In this document: positions 20,573-31,212 of the stretch, in pieces
How the letters are laid out: each line of letters starts with the position of its first letter
Numbering within the stretch: position 1 is the first letter of the stretch
Origin: Deltaproteobacteria bacterium
Lineage (GTDB): Bacteria > Desulfobacterota > DSM-4660 > Desulfatiglandales > Desulfatiglandaceae
Assembly (NCBI GenBank): GCA_021163815.1
Contig: JAGGTJ010000025.1
Span: 5,821 to 69,820 of the forward strand
Length of the DNA stretch: 64,000 nt
Reading direction: 5' to 3'
Made by a program: the position numbers and the translations under genes
Notes under the pieces: generated by a model
Told to the model about the DNA's origin: nothing
What the model saw: only the letters and a program-made list of their open reading frames with translations
Databases searched by the model: none

Positions 20573-20968
20573 CTCCCATGCTCAACCTTCCTTAATCATC
20601 TGCTTCATGGGCAAAAATATTCTTCCACAGGAAAAAAATGCCTATCAACGCTGATCTTCTTTTATAAAGCTGCTCTTAGGTAGTATTTTTCACCAACCTT
20701 ATCAATGAAATTGATTGTTTTGATTTTTTGGAAACCCTTGCACTGTTAATAACACCGTTTTTGTCAATAATATGCCTACATCCCGCAGTCTGTATCCCTG
20801 CCGTCCCTTGTTGGATACAAAAGAGATATCAAGCTGCGGGATCATTGGTGGGGTGTCTGTATCTTCAGCATAACCCATTGATTTCATTGGTCTTATATAA
20901 TCCTGTTTTTGAAATGAGATAATATTAATCTCTTGGCAGGGTTGTATTATATGGGCAGTAAACAAAAG

Positions 20969-20984
20969 TGGCATACAGTTTGCT
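20969..20984 (+). promoter_or_regulatory. Sigma54 (-24/-12) promoter
   Basis: TGGCATACAGTTTGCT, GG-N10-GC, upstream of flagellin. Confidence 0.8.
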
Positions 20985-21080
20985 TAGGAAGTAACTACAA
21001 AACATGAAAAACAATTATCCCCTAACCGTTTTTAAGTAGATATGTGGTAGATTTATTTCGATAGTGATGGAGGTAAAACT

Positions 21081-21947
21081 ATGGCGCTGCTCGCTATTAA
21101 TCATAATATGATGGCCCTGTCAGCTTTTAATAACCTTAGCAGAACTTATTCCACTCTGCACAAATCCATAGATCGGTTGTCCTCCGGCCTTAGGATCAAC
21201 AATGCCTCGGATGATGCTGCTGGTTTGGCAATCAGGGAATTAATGCGTTCTGATATAGCAAGTCTGAATCAGGGTGTCAGGAACGCAAATGATGGTATAT
21301 CCATGCTTCAGACCATGGATGGGGCGGCCCAGGTTATCGATGAAAAACTTATTCGTATGAAAGAACTTGCTGAACAGGCTGCAACAGGAACATACAGCAG
21401 TGCCCAGAGAGGTATGATAGACTATGAATTTAACGCAATGAGGAATGAGATTCAAAGGATAGCCAATGCCACGGATTTTAACGGAATTCATTTGTTGGCT
21501 GGCAGTGCAGGACTCGGTTCAGACGGTTTTACTTCCAATACAGTCAAGATTCATTTTGGTACAGGAAATTCTTCTGCACAGGATTTTTACTTTATTACTG
21601 CACAAAACCTTACTACGGGCAGTGCAGGTCTTGGTCTTGACGGACTTTCCCTTACGACTCCGCAAAGTGCTGCAGATGCTTTGCAGAGTATTGATACAGC
21701 AATACTTAAGAAGGACGATGCCCGTGCGCATTTTGGCAGTTTGATGAACAGGCTTCAGGCAACTGCCACCAATCTCGTTACCCAGGCGGAGAATCTTCAG
21801 TCAGCAGAGTCGCAAATTTCGGATGTCGATGTTGCCCATGAAATGACTGTTTTTATCAACAATCAGATTAAGTCTCAGTCAGCGGTTGCCATGCTGGCAC
21901 AGGCAAATTCAATGCCTCAGATGGCACTTAAACTGCTAAACGCTTGA
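21081..21947 (+). CDS. fliC: Flagellin (short type)
   Basis: RLSSGLRINNASDDAAGLAI and ESQISDVD.A.EM...AMLAQAN motifs. Confidence 0.95.
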   Translation: MALLAINHNMMALSAFNNLSRTYSTLHKSIDRLSSGLRINNASDDAAGLAIRELMRSDIASLNQGVRNANDGISMLQTMDGAAQVIDEKLIRMKELAEQAATGTYSSAQRGMIDYEFNAMRNEIQRIANATDFNGIHLLAGSAGLGSDGFTSNTVKIHFGTGNSSAQDFYFITAQNLTTGSAGLGLDGLSLTTPQSAADALQSIDTAILKKDDARAHFGSLMNRLQATATNLVTQAENLQSAESQISDVDVAHEMTVFINNQIKSQSAVAMLAQANSMPQMALKLLNA

Positions 21948-22064
21948 TTTTGCGCCGGATATTTGCAAACCGTTTGTTTTTGTCTAAGGCCTGAAGGTGT
22001 AATGTTTTAATAACCTGCTGATATTAAAAATATAACTTTTTTGAAAACATTTTATGCAGGGGTT

Positions 22065-22155
22065 ACCGTAACACAAAACTGTCCTGAAAAACCGGGCTGT
22101 ATTTTTATGTTCGTGGATGGCCAGGATATTTTGGATCCGGCCATGCCGGTTTAGG
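22065..22155 (+). repeat. Repeat family B copy, preceded by an A remnant (about 22017-22060)
   Basis: Ends in GGATCCGGCCATGCCGGTTTAGG. Confidence 0.85.
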
Positions 22156-22178
22156 TTTTATTATTAAGGAGAAGAAAT

Positions 22179-22601
22179 ATGAATGTAGAACATTATCTTG
22201 AAAAAGATACAGGTATGGATTTCCATGATGAAATTAATCCTCCCGATCCCATGCAGACGATTTTGATGGTTTATGACGGTGCCATAAATTTTTTGAACAG
22301 GGCGGTAGAGTATGCTGATGATGGAGACATAAAGAATAAAAATATATACATAAATAAGGCTGCTGACATAATAGTTGAATTAAATAACTGTCTCGATATG
22401 GAAGCAGGAGGTGAGATTTCGGAAAATTTAAGGTCTATCTATATATTTATAGGACGGCTACTTGTAGAGTCTTTTACAACGGATAAGACCTGGGCATTAA
22501 AGGAGAGCATAAAGATACTTTCTGACCTGAAAGAAGGGTGGACATATGTTGCCAACAGTGTAAATAAGGTAACACGGCCATCAACAACATTTGGAAACTG
22601 A
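22179..22601 (+). CDS. fliS: Flagellin export chaperone FliS
   Basis: ILMVYDGAI, GGEISENLRSIY and LKEGW motifs; directly after flagellin. Confidence 0.88.
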   Translation: MNVEHYLEKDTGMDFHDEINPPDPMQTILMVYDGAINFLNRAVEYADDGDIKNKNIYINKAADIIVELNNCLDMEAGGEISENLRSIYIFIGRLLVESFTTDKTWALKESIKILSDLKEGWTYVANSVNKVTRPSTTFGN

Positions 22602-22640
22602 AAATATAGTATAAAATTGGGATATTGGCAAAATCATGTT

Positions 22641-22789
22641 ACTTAGATCCTGCAAGTGTCAGTTTTGCCGAAGGTGCAGGGCGCAGATTCGGTAAATCGA
22701 TGCGTGTTATGCAAGCACAGGATTTCTGTAATTAGCTGATATTAGAAGCATAATTTTCTTTTTAAAAATAGTTTATGCAGGTTTTAGGT
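22641..22789. mobile_element. Repeat family A, internally deleted copy
   Basis: ACTTAGATCCTGCAAG...TAGTTTATGCAGGTTTTAGGT. Confidence 0.8.
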
Positions 22790-22797
22790 GGTGGTAG

Positions 22798-23910
22798 TTA
22801 AACAGACGGGTATCTCCGACCTTTCCAGTGTGCGCCTGCTCCTTTCCAGAAAGATATGGCAGAACTCCAGGTCATGGCAAGATACAGGACAGCGCATACC
22901 GGCAGGGTAATTGCCCTTAATCGTGACAATCTGTAAAAGCTAAGGGTTGGAATATATGTCGTAACCATAATGGCAATTGCTATGCCTGAAAGATATGCTG
23001 ATATTGATGGCCCTGTGAACAGGCCCAGTATGGGGATACAAAACATTATGATCATTGCAGCAGAAACCAGCAGCAGGCATACCACCGAATACCTAAGCTG
23101 GGTAAAGGCGGTTCTTGCCACCATGTCCCATATGGAAGCAAAATTATATGCCCTGAGACTGATAACACTGCGAGTAAGCCCTGTCCAGGTTTTATAACCG
23201 TGTGTCTTCACCCTTTTTGCAAGGGAACAGTCGTCTATCAGTTCATTTTTAAGACTTTCAAAGCCGCCTGTATTTTTTATGACTTCTGTCTTAATCAGTA
23301 TACATCCGCCCGCGGCGGCAGCTACCCTGGAAAGGGGATTGTTTGAAAGGTGAAAAGGGTAGAGGAGTTTGAAAAAATATATAAAAGGAGGCATCAATAA
23401 TTTTTCCCAAAATGTTACCATCCTCAGTGAGGCCATGAGGGATACCATATCAACACCGGATTCCATTTTGTCTAACAGGGCATTTATTATGATAGGCATA
23501 AGAAAGATATCGGCATCCAAGAGCAGGGTAAGTGGAGTGTGAACATGCCTTATTCCCTGTTCAAGTGCCCACAGTTTGCCGCTCCATCCTGAGGGGGTGG
23601 GAGTTCCGTTCAATATCTTAAGATTGGGCATATTTATATTTTTGGCCCTTTTAACCGTACTGTCTGTGGAACAGTCATCAACGAGAACAACCTTAAAGCC
23701 TGTGCCCTGTGCCTTTAATCCTGCCAGGGTGGTCTCAATTACACCCTCCTCATTTCTTGCCGGAATGAGAACTGTCAAAAGACTCAGATCCCTGTCTGCA
23801 GAGGTTGAATCAGAATCCAGAACTTCCCGTGTACGCCAGGGTTGCCAGGGTAATAACAGCAAGACAACCCAGGCAACGAATCCTGCTATAGAAAGATATG
23901 TCCATATCAT
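22798..23910 (-). CDS. hpnB: GT2 glycosyltransferase, hopanoid-associated HpnB-like
   Basis: IPARNE, GWSGKLWALEQG, AAAGGCIL, LIDDC, IWDMVARTAFTQL and WKGR motifs. Confidence 0.8.
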   Translation of the reverse strand: MIWTYLSIAGFVAWVVLLLLPWQPWRTREVLDSDSTSADRDLSLLTVLIPARNEEGVIETTLAGLKAQGTGFKVVLVDDCSTDSTVKRAKNINMPNLKILNGTPTPSGWSGKLWALEQGIRHVHTPLTLLLDADIFLMPIIINALLDKMESGVDMVSLMASLRMVTFWEKLLMPPFIYFFKLLYPFHLSNNPLSRVAAAAGGCILIKTEVIKNTGGFESLKNELIDDCSLAKRVKTHGYKTWTGLTRSVISLRAYNFASIWDMVARTAFTQLRYSVVCLLLVSAAMIIMFCIPILGLFTGPSISAYLSGIAIAIMVTTYIPTLSFYRLSRLRAITLPVCAVLYLAMTWSSAISFWKGAGAHWKGRRYPSV

Positions 23911-24022
23911 AGCAATATGTTGATGAGATCTTTGTATAACTGGTTTTAGACTATTGGTTCCTCGACGTTTCGTGTGGATTTGATTATAAAAGGATTAAAT
24001 CCACATAAGACATCGAAGAGTT

Positions 24023-24211
24023 TTACTTTATTGGTCTTATTCCAAGGTCTTTGCATATCTTTTTTGCGAGATTATTGCTGATTTCTGTGTGCCTTGGAAT
24101 TGATGACCGTCTGTTTTGACTTGAATTCAACCACCATGAATGACGACTTCCTTCTCTGAGAAATTCACAACCCTGGGACCGTAGATATTTCAGCAACTTA
24201 TTGCGTTTCAT
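24023..24211 (-). CDS. hicA: HicA family toxin
   Basis: LREGSRHSWW and IPRH.EI...LAKKICKDL; ATGA overlap with the upstream gene. Confidence 0.88.
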   Translation of the reverse strand: MKRNKLLKYLRSQGCEFLREGSRHSWWLNSSQNRRSSIPRHTEISNNLAKKICKDLGIRPIK

Positions 24212-24420
24212 ATTGCAATTTTTTCTTCTATATACCCAGAGCCAACAACAGCAATCGCCTCCTGACGATTAAATTCCAAAGCTTCTTTAAGAGTAACGCG
24301 AAGGCTTTTTATTAACTCCTCTCGAGTATGTTCCTGGCAGTTTACACCAGGAATTTCCTCTATCCAGCCTATCCACCAATTGCCTTCTTGTTTTATTATG
24401 GCAGTATATTCTTTTTTCAT
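24208..24420 (-). CDS. hicB: HicB family antitoxin (short, no DNA-binding domain)
   Basis: YTAIIKQEGNWWIGWIEEIPGVNCQE.T.EEL; ATG at 24420 with RBS AGAGG. Confidence 0.85.
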   Translation of the reverse strand: MKKEYTAIIKQEGNWWIGWIEEIPGVNCQEHTREELIKSLRVTLKEALEFNRQEAIAVVGSGYIEEKIAI

Positions 24421-24690
24421 ACATATACCTCTTTTCCAAAACTTACTGTAAATATACACAAAACCGTTCTGAAAATCCGGGTTGTGTTTTTATATCTATA
24501 GGGGGATAGGAGGGGGTGTCCGATAATTCAAAAAAACAATCTTTTTATCCGTATCTTGTGTCTGCCACTTGCATAATTTCTTATATTGCATCACAAGTTT
24601 TAAGATGCCTTTTCTCAGATAGACTTATTAGGATGTGGCAAAGCGGCATAAACCAGCTTTTTACGACGTCATTATCTTCTATCTCACTTT

Positions 24691-24787
24691 ACCATGAAAA
24701 CACACAAAACTATGTTAAAAAAACAGTCTGTATTTTCATATCCGTGGAGTGGCCAGGATATTTTGGATCCGGCCATGCCGGTTTAGG
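24691..24787 (+). repeat. Repeat family B copy (further partial copy at about 24445-24500)
   Basis: Full B motif; its right end overlaps the stop codon of the convergent hydrolase gene. Confidence 0.85.
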
Positions 24788-25406
24788 CCCGAACAAAGGG
24801 ATTTATCTGTTTTTCGGTTCCAATGGTGGTTATGGGGCCATGTCCGGGGTATACCTTTACATCATCTCCAAGAGGAAACAGCTTTTCCTTTATACTTGAT
24901 ATAAGGGTCTTAAAATCTCCGCCCGGAAGATCTGTACGGCCTATTGAGCCATAAAAGAGTGTGTCTCCGGCAAATACCACACGGTCAGTGAAGAGTGAAA
25001 TACCACCCGGACTATGGCCAGGAGTATGTATGACTTCCAACGTGATTTCCCCGACACGCACCCTGTCTCCATGATCAATTTCCATATCAGGGGGAGGGGA
25101 ATTCTCTCCGTAAAGACCGAAAGACATGGCATTTTCAGCCACCCTGCCCAGCATCGGGGCATCAAGACCATGGATCAGTATCTTAGCACCGGTTGCATCT
25201 TTCAACCCTTTATTGCCGCCCACATGATCAAAGTGACCATGGGTATTTATTATATATCTTGCCTCGAGTCCCGATCTGTTCAACTCCTTCAGTATATTTT
25301 CCACGTCTCCGCCGGGATCAATTACAGCGGCCATTTTTGTGTTTTCACATCCAACAATAAAACAGTTGGTCATAAGGGGACCAACAGCAAGTGTTTTAAT
25401 AATCAT
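24783..25406 (-). CDS. MBL-fold metallo-hydrolase (glyoxalase II/YcbL-like)
   Basis: THGHFDH, TPGHSPG, GDTLF.GSIGRTD and PGHG motifs. Confidence 0.92.
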   Translation of the reverse strand: MIIKTLAVGPLMTNCFIVGCENTKMAAVIDPGGDVENILKELNRSGLEARYIINTHGHFDHVGGNKGLKDATGAKILIHGLDAPMLGRVAENAMSFGLYGENSPPPDMEIDHGDRVRVGEITLEVIHTPGHSPGGISLFTDRVVFAGDTLFYGSIGRTDLPGGDFKTLISSIKEKLFPLGDDVKVYPGHGPITTIGTEKQINPFVRA

Positions 25407-25657
25407 AATAAAATCCTTTAATATAAACGAACTATAGAAATCTTGTGTTTATATAACATACATCATAAATTTGATGCGGCCATCAAAATTAATGACTGTT
25501 TTATCTTAGTGGTGATTACCATGTCAGTGTCTATCCACGAATTAGGTGGTAGCACTGATGAATTTCCAATTCAGAAACATTGATGAACCTTTAAAAAGTA
25601 CCTTACAAGAACATGGCCTGTATTGCATGTTCTGTCAGTCTGTTCCGGACAAACCTG

Positions 25658-26896
25658 TTATTCTGATGTAAAGATGTACGCAAAGACCTTTGCATCAGAG
25701 ATGATATTGGATATCAGGCAAAATTCATTGGGCTGGTGGGCAGTATCGGATACAGTGGACCAGACCGCTGCAGGCAGACCTGCCTGTCTGAAACAGGCGG
25801 CTACTGTACCACCTCCAATACCCATGGGGCTTGCATCTTTGCCTGTGACGGCCTTTATTGCCATGGCAAGCATCCTTACTACAGGTGCATCGGCAGGGGT
25901 AGGGTTTGGTGCTTCAAGGCGCTGGACTGGGTTAACATCTATCCTGACTTCAGATCTGTTTTCTATTTCCTGTGATATCTCTTTTATGAACCGGAGTACT
26001 TCATCCGTAGTGTATGAAGGAAGGATTCGGCAATCCATGTAAAACACATCTCTGCCCGGAATGGTGTTTACATTATGGACATTGGATTCCACCTTTGTAG
26101 GTTCGAAGGTGGATACAGGAGGACTAAAGATATCGTCATGACAGGCAAATTTTTTCTTTAAGTTTTCAGAGAGAGTAACGATCAGCCTTGCCATTGCCAA
26201 AAGACTGTTTTTTCCCTTTTCAGGTGTGCTTGCATGACACTGTTGTCCCGTAACCGTGAATTTGAGCCATAGCATTGATTTTTCAGCTATTTCTATCATG
26301 GTGCCATCTTCGTTTCCTGCGTCGGGAACAATGATCAGATCATCTTTACTGAACAGCTCTCTATGGTGATTCAGCAGAAAATCCAGGCCATATTTGCTGC
26401 CTGTTTCTTCATCCGCGACAAATACCAGCCCTGTTGATCTTGATGGCCTGTTTTTGTTTTCCAGGATGTATCTTATTGCAAGATAAAAACTGACAAGGCC
26501 ATGTTGGTTGTCCTCAACACCTCTGCCTGTAATACGATCTCCTTCCACAATGATTGTGTAAGGATCACTTTTCCACAGAGACAGGTCTCCTGGAGGAACA
26601 ACATCTGCATGACACAGTACCCATACCGTGGATGTATCGTCAGTCCCATTCCATTTGACCACAAGGTTTGGTCTCGTGCCTCCTTTTGCCCTGTTGTCAG
26701 GTGCATCGTACACTTTAATAAAGTCAGGATGCAGATTATTCATCAGGTCACGTACAAATTCCACCTTGTCATGTTCGCCAGTGCCGCCATTTTCAGGACC
26801 GAGTGCAACCCTTGATGTCAGTTTTGACTGAAGGTCTATTATTTCATCCCGTGAGTTATCTATCTGGTCGAATATCTTCTCCATTCTGTTTGCCAT
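25658..26896 (-). CDS. M20 family metallo-hydrolase (DapE/ArgE-like)
   Basis: HADVVP, GRGVEDN, DEETGS and AHQPNE motifs. Confidence 0.9.
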   Translation of the reverse strand: MANRMEKIFDQIDNSRDEIIDLQSKLTSRVALGPENGGTGEHDKVEFVRDLMNNLHPDFIKVYDAPDNRAKGGTRPNLVVKWNGTDDTSTVWVLCHADVVPPGDLSLWKSDPYTIIVEGDRITGRGVEDNQHGLVSFYLAIRYILENKNRPSRSTGLVFVADEETGSKYGLDFLLNHHRELFSKDDLIIVPDAGNEDGTMIEIAEKSMLWLKFTVTGQQCHASTPEKGKNSLLAMARLIVTLSENLKKKFACHDDIFSPPVSTFEPTKVESNVHNVNTIPGRDVFYMDCRILPSYTTDEVLRFIKEISQEIENRSEVRIDVNPVQRLEAPNPTPADAPVVRMLAMAIKAVTGKDASPMGIGGGTVAACFRQAGLPAAVWSTVSDTAHQPNEFCLISNIISDAKVFAYIFTSE

Positions 26897-26921
26897 TTTT
26901 TTTATATATGTCCTGAAAAAC

Positions 26922-27049
26922 GTAATAGCTCAACAAACTGGGGCAGGAGGCTTTTTCCTCTGCTCCGGGCCTCCCGGCAGTCGCGTCAGCAAAAGCCTCC
27001 TACCCTAGCGCTACATTCGCTGTTATTCCTCTAATTGTTGAGCTGGTAC
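26922..27049. mobile_element. Repeat family D MITE (128 bp) with 8-bp TSD
   Basis: TIR GTAATAGCTCAACAA / TTGTTGAGCTGGTAC; flanks TGAAAAAC and TGAAAAAG; internal hairpin. Confidence 0.88.
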
Positions 27050-27130
27050 TGAAAAAGGTTTAATATTAGGGGCTAAGATCTGATAAACCAGCTTTTTATA
27101 ACGCCATCAGAATGTAGGGATTAAGAAAAT

Positions 27131-28957
27131 CTACTCTACGGTTACACTCTTTGCCAGATTTCTTGGTTTGTCAATATCCCTTTTCAAAAAATCAGCACAG
27201 TAATATGCAAGCAGTTGACAGGGGATAACTGTCAGGACAGGATATAAAAAATCCAGGGATGGAGGCACCTCGATCACATCATCAGCTATTTTTTTCAATC
27301 TCTCATCTCCCTCTGTAATTATGGCTATTACAGGGCCCTTTCTGCTCTTGATTTCCTGGATGTTGTTCACCATTTTGTCATACATATCATCCTTTGGGGC
27401 AATAGCCACTGTAGGCATGTCCGGATTAATAAGGGCAATAGGCCCATGCTTCATCTCTCCTGCCGCATAACCCTCTGCATGTATATAAGATACTTCCTTT
27501 AATTTTAATGCCCCTTCCATGGCTATTGGATAATTGAATTTCCTGCCTATAAACAACCAGTTGGGATATTTATGGTATTTTTCTGCAACTGCCTGTATAT
27601 GGTTTGCCTGTGCCAGGATCCTTTGAACCCTATCCGGCAATGCCATGATCTCCCTTATCGCCTCAGTTCCCTCTGTCAGAGGTAGGGTTTGATGACGTCC
27701 TATTAACAGGGCTATCAAGGTAAGAATTGTAAGCTGTGATGTAAAAATCTTGGTTGAGGCCACTCCGATCTCCGGGCCTGCATGATTGTATACCCCCGCG
27801 TCAGTCTCTCTTGCAATTGAGCTGCCCACTACGTTGACAATTCCCAAAAGACTGGCGCCCTTCCTTCTTGCCTCTTTTATGGCCGCCAATGTATCTGCCG
27901 TTTCTCCTGACTGACTTAACGCTATGATAAAGGTATTTGGGGGAAAGTTGAATTTACGATATCTGAATTCGGATGCAAGCTCTATTTCCACATCCACTTC
28001 TGTCAGTTTTTCAAAGCAGTATCTTCCAACATAGCCTGCATAGTATGATGTGCCACATGCAACAATTACTATGTGTCGGCAACTCTTTAACTTCTCCCAT
28101 ACGGGCATTATTCCGCCAAGTTTGGGTACCCCCTCGCCCGGTTCTAAGCGGCCTCTTATGGCATTTTCTATTGTACTGGGCTGTTCAAATATCTCTTTAA
28201 GCATAAAGTGGGGAAAGCCGTTCAGGTCTGTGTCCCCTGCAGACCATTCCACTGTTTCGGTATCCCTTTCCACCCGTTTTGCCTGGGCCGTGGAGATGGC
28301 AAAACCGTCTCTTGTTAATGTGGCAAGCTCATTGTCTTTCAGGTGGACAACCTTTTTTGTATAACGTACCATTGCAGATACATCAGAAGCTGCAAAATAA
28401 CCGTTGTCGCTAACACCTATGACAAGCGGGCTCCCTCTTCTTGCAATAACAATTTCTCCCGGGGCATCCTGATGTATGACGGCTATTCCAAATGTCCCTT
28501 CAACTTCAGACATGACGGTTCTGACTGCCTTGTTGAGATCTCCATCAAAATATCTTGCAATCATGTGGGCAAGGACCTCGGTGTCTGTATCAGAAACAAA
28601 AACCACGCCGTCTTTTTCAAGCTTTTTCTTCAGGTTGTAGTAATTTTCTATTATTCCGTTGTGTATGACAAACAGCTTTTTTTCCTGGTCCATATGTGGA
28701 TGGGCATTGATTTCAGTCGGTTCTCCGTGGGTTGCCCATCTTGTGTGCCCGATGCCTGTGTGACCTTCCATCTTTCTGCCATTTAATTTGGCCTCAAGTT
28801 CTGTAATCTTGCCGACTGCCTTGCAGTATTCGATCCTGTCTCCATTATGTACGGCTATTCCTGCAGAATCATATCCCCTGTATTCAAGCTGTTTGAGACC
28901 TTCTATAAGTATTTGTTTTGCAGACTTTTCCCCTATATAACAGACTATTCCGCACAT
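27131..28957 (-). CDS. glmS: Glutamine--fructose-6-phosphate aminotransferase
   Basis: MCGI start, GHTRWATHG, SQSGETADT, and PRNLAKSVTVE end. Confidence 0.98.
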   Translation of the reverse strand: MCGIVCYIGEKSAKQILIEGLKQLEYRGYDSAGIAVHNGDRIEYCKAVGKITELEAKLNGRKMEGHTGIGHTRWATHGEPTEINAHPHMDQEKKLFVIHNGIIENYYNLKKKLEKDGVVFVSDTDTEVLAHMIARYFDGDLNKAVRTVMSEVEGTFGIAVIHQDAPGEIVIARRGSPLVIGVSDNGYFAASDVSAMVRYTKKVVHLKDNELATLTRDGFAISTAQAKRVERDTETVEWSAGDTDLNGFPHFMLKEIFEQPSTIENAIRGRLEPGEGVPKLGGIMPVWEKLKSCRHIVIVACGTSYYAGYVGRYCFEKLTEVDVEIELASEFRYRKFNFPPNTFIIALSQSGETADTLAAIKEARRKGASLLGIVNVVGSSIARETDAGVYNHAGPEIGVASTKIFTSQLTILTLIALLIGRHQTLPLTEGTEAIREIMALPDRVQRILAQANHIQAVAEKYHKYPNWLFIGRKFNYPIAMEGALKLKEVSYIHAEGYAAGEMKHGPIALINPDMPTVAIAPKDDMYDKMVNNIQEIKSRKGPVIAIITEGDERLKKIADDVIEVPPSLDFLYPVLTVIPCQLLAYYCADFLKRDIDKPRNLAKSVTVE

Positions 28958-29067
28958 AGTATGTTTTCCTCTCCAACCCTGTATCTTGACAGGGCTTTTT
29001 TATTATGGTCTTTATTGGTGTGCTGTTCAGATGGAACAGAGAGGCGCTTAGAGATATCAGCGGCCTT

Positions 29068-30387
<1,320 letters not shown>

Positions 30388-30396
30388 TCAGGATGT

Positions 30397-30876
30397 TGAT
30401 GGTGTTATAAAAAGTCTCCATATACTATGTTTGATCACACGTGTGACATCATGTATATCTTCAGGCATGGTTAAACGCTATGCCTTGTATATGAAGGTTT
30501 TTACGTAACAGCTCAACAAACAGGGGCAGGAGGCTTTTTCCTCCGCTTTTGGCCTCCGGGCTGGTCTCTTCAGTAACTTATCTGCGGGGGACACCTGCCC
30601 CTTTAGCATTCCCAGCACTCAACTACTAATCAGAAAATGGTTTGCCGAGAGGCTTGGGTTACCTGATGAAGGACTATGCTTTCTATAGAGTTTTTTGGAG
30701 AGTTGAGTGCTGGGCTACGGTTTTTTCCACTGATAAGTCACGAAAAAACGGCACCCTCCCGACAGTCGCGTCAGAAAAAGCCTCCTACCCCAGCGCCACG
30801 TTCGCTGTTATTTCCCTAATTATTGAGCTGATACGTTTTTACCTATCCTTTGATTTTACTTTTTGCGAGTTTATAA
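30397..30876. mobile_element. Nested composite: C element containing D (30505-30834), containing E (about 30561-30753), containing F (30611-30714)
   Basis: Comparison with the uninterrupted C and D copies in the window; TSD GTTTTTAC around D; perfect 14-bp IR for F. Confidence 0.85.
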
Positions 30877-30879
30877 AGA

Positions 30880-30930
30880 TCTGAACCTGACAGATAAATT
30901 GGATAGAAGGGGACGTTATGCAAAGGTCTC
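30880..30930. repeat. Repeat family G, partial end
   Basis: CTGAACCTGAC...GGACGTTATGCAAAGGTCTC matches the reverse complement of 50118-50167. Confidence 0.75.
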
Positions 30931-31212
30931 AACAGGTTATACTATTATAATAGTATTATCGTCAAAACTTTTTTATATCAACTCAGTAAATGGGGAAGGC
31001 CTCTGCCGCCCTTTATTTAGCTGTTAGCTTTTTTCGCTTAGTTAAAGGTAACTGGTCGGGTGATGCTCAGGAGCAAATTGGTTGCATTTTGTTGTTATAA
31101 ATGATAGATCGATCTGGATTGAGGGCCCTCCGTATTTTTTTTGATACTCGGCAGTGAAGAGGATACCCTGGCTTTTGCCATATCGGTTCAATTAAAAAAA
31201 ACAGGTAACCAT

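Noticed and set aside
25768..25800. CAGGCAG/CCTGCCTG sequence inside the M20 gene resembling the 19-nt palindrome
   Set aside because: The arms are in the opposite order and the encoded RQAGLPAAVW fits the normal family sequence.
28958..29067. Possible glmS ribozyme (TAAGCGCC on the minus strand upstream of glmS)
   Set aside because: The downstream core (GACGAG and the P2/P2.1 elements) is missing and the spacer is short.
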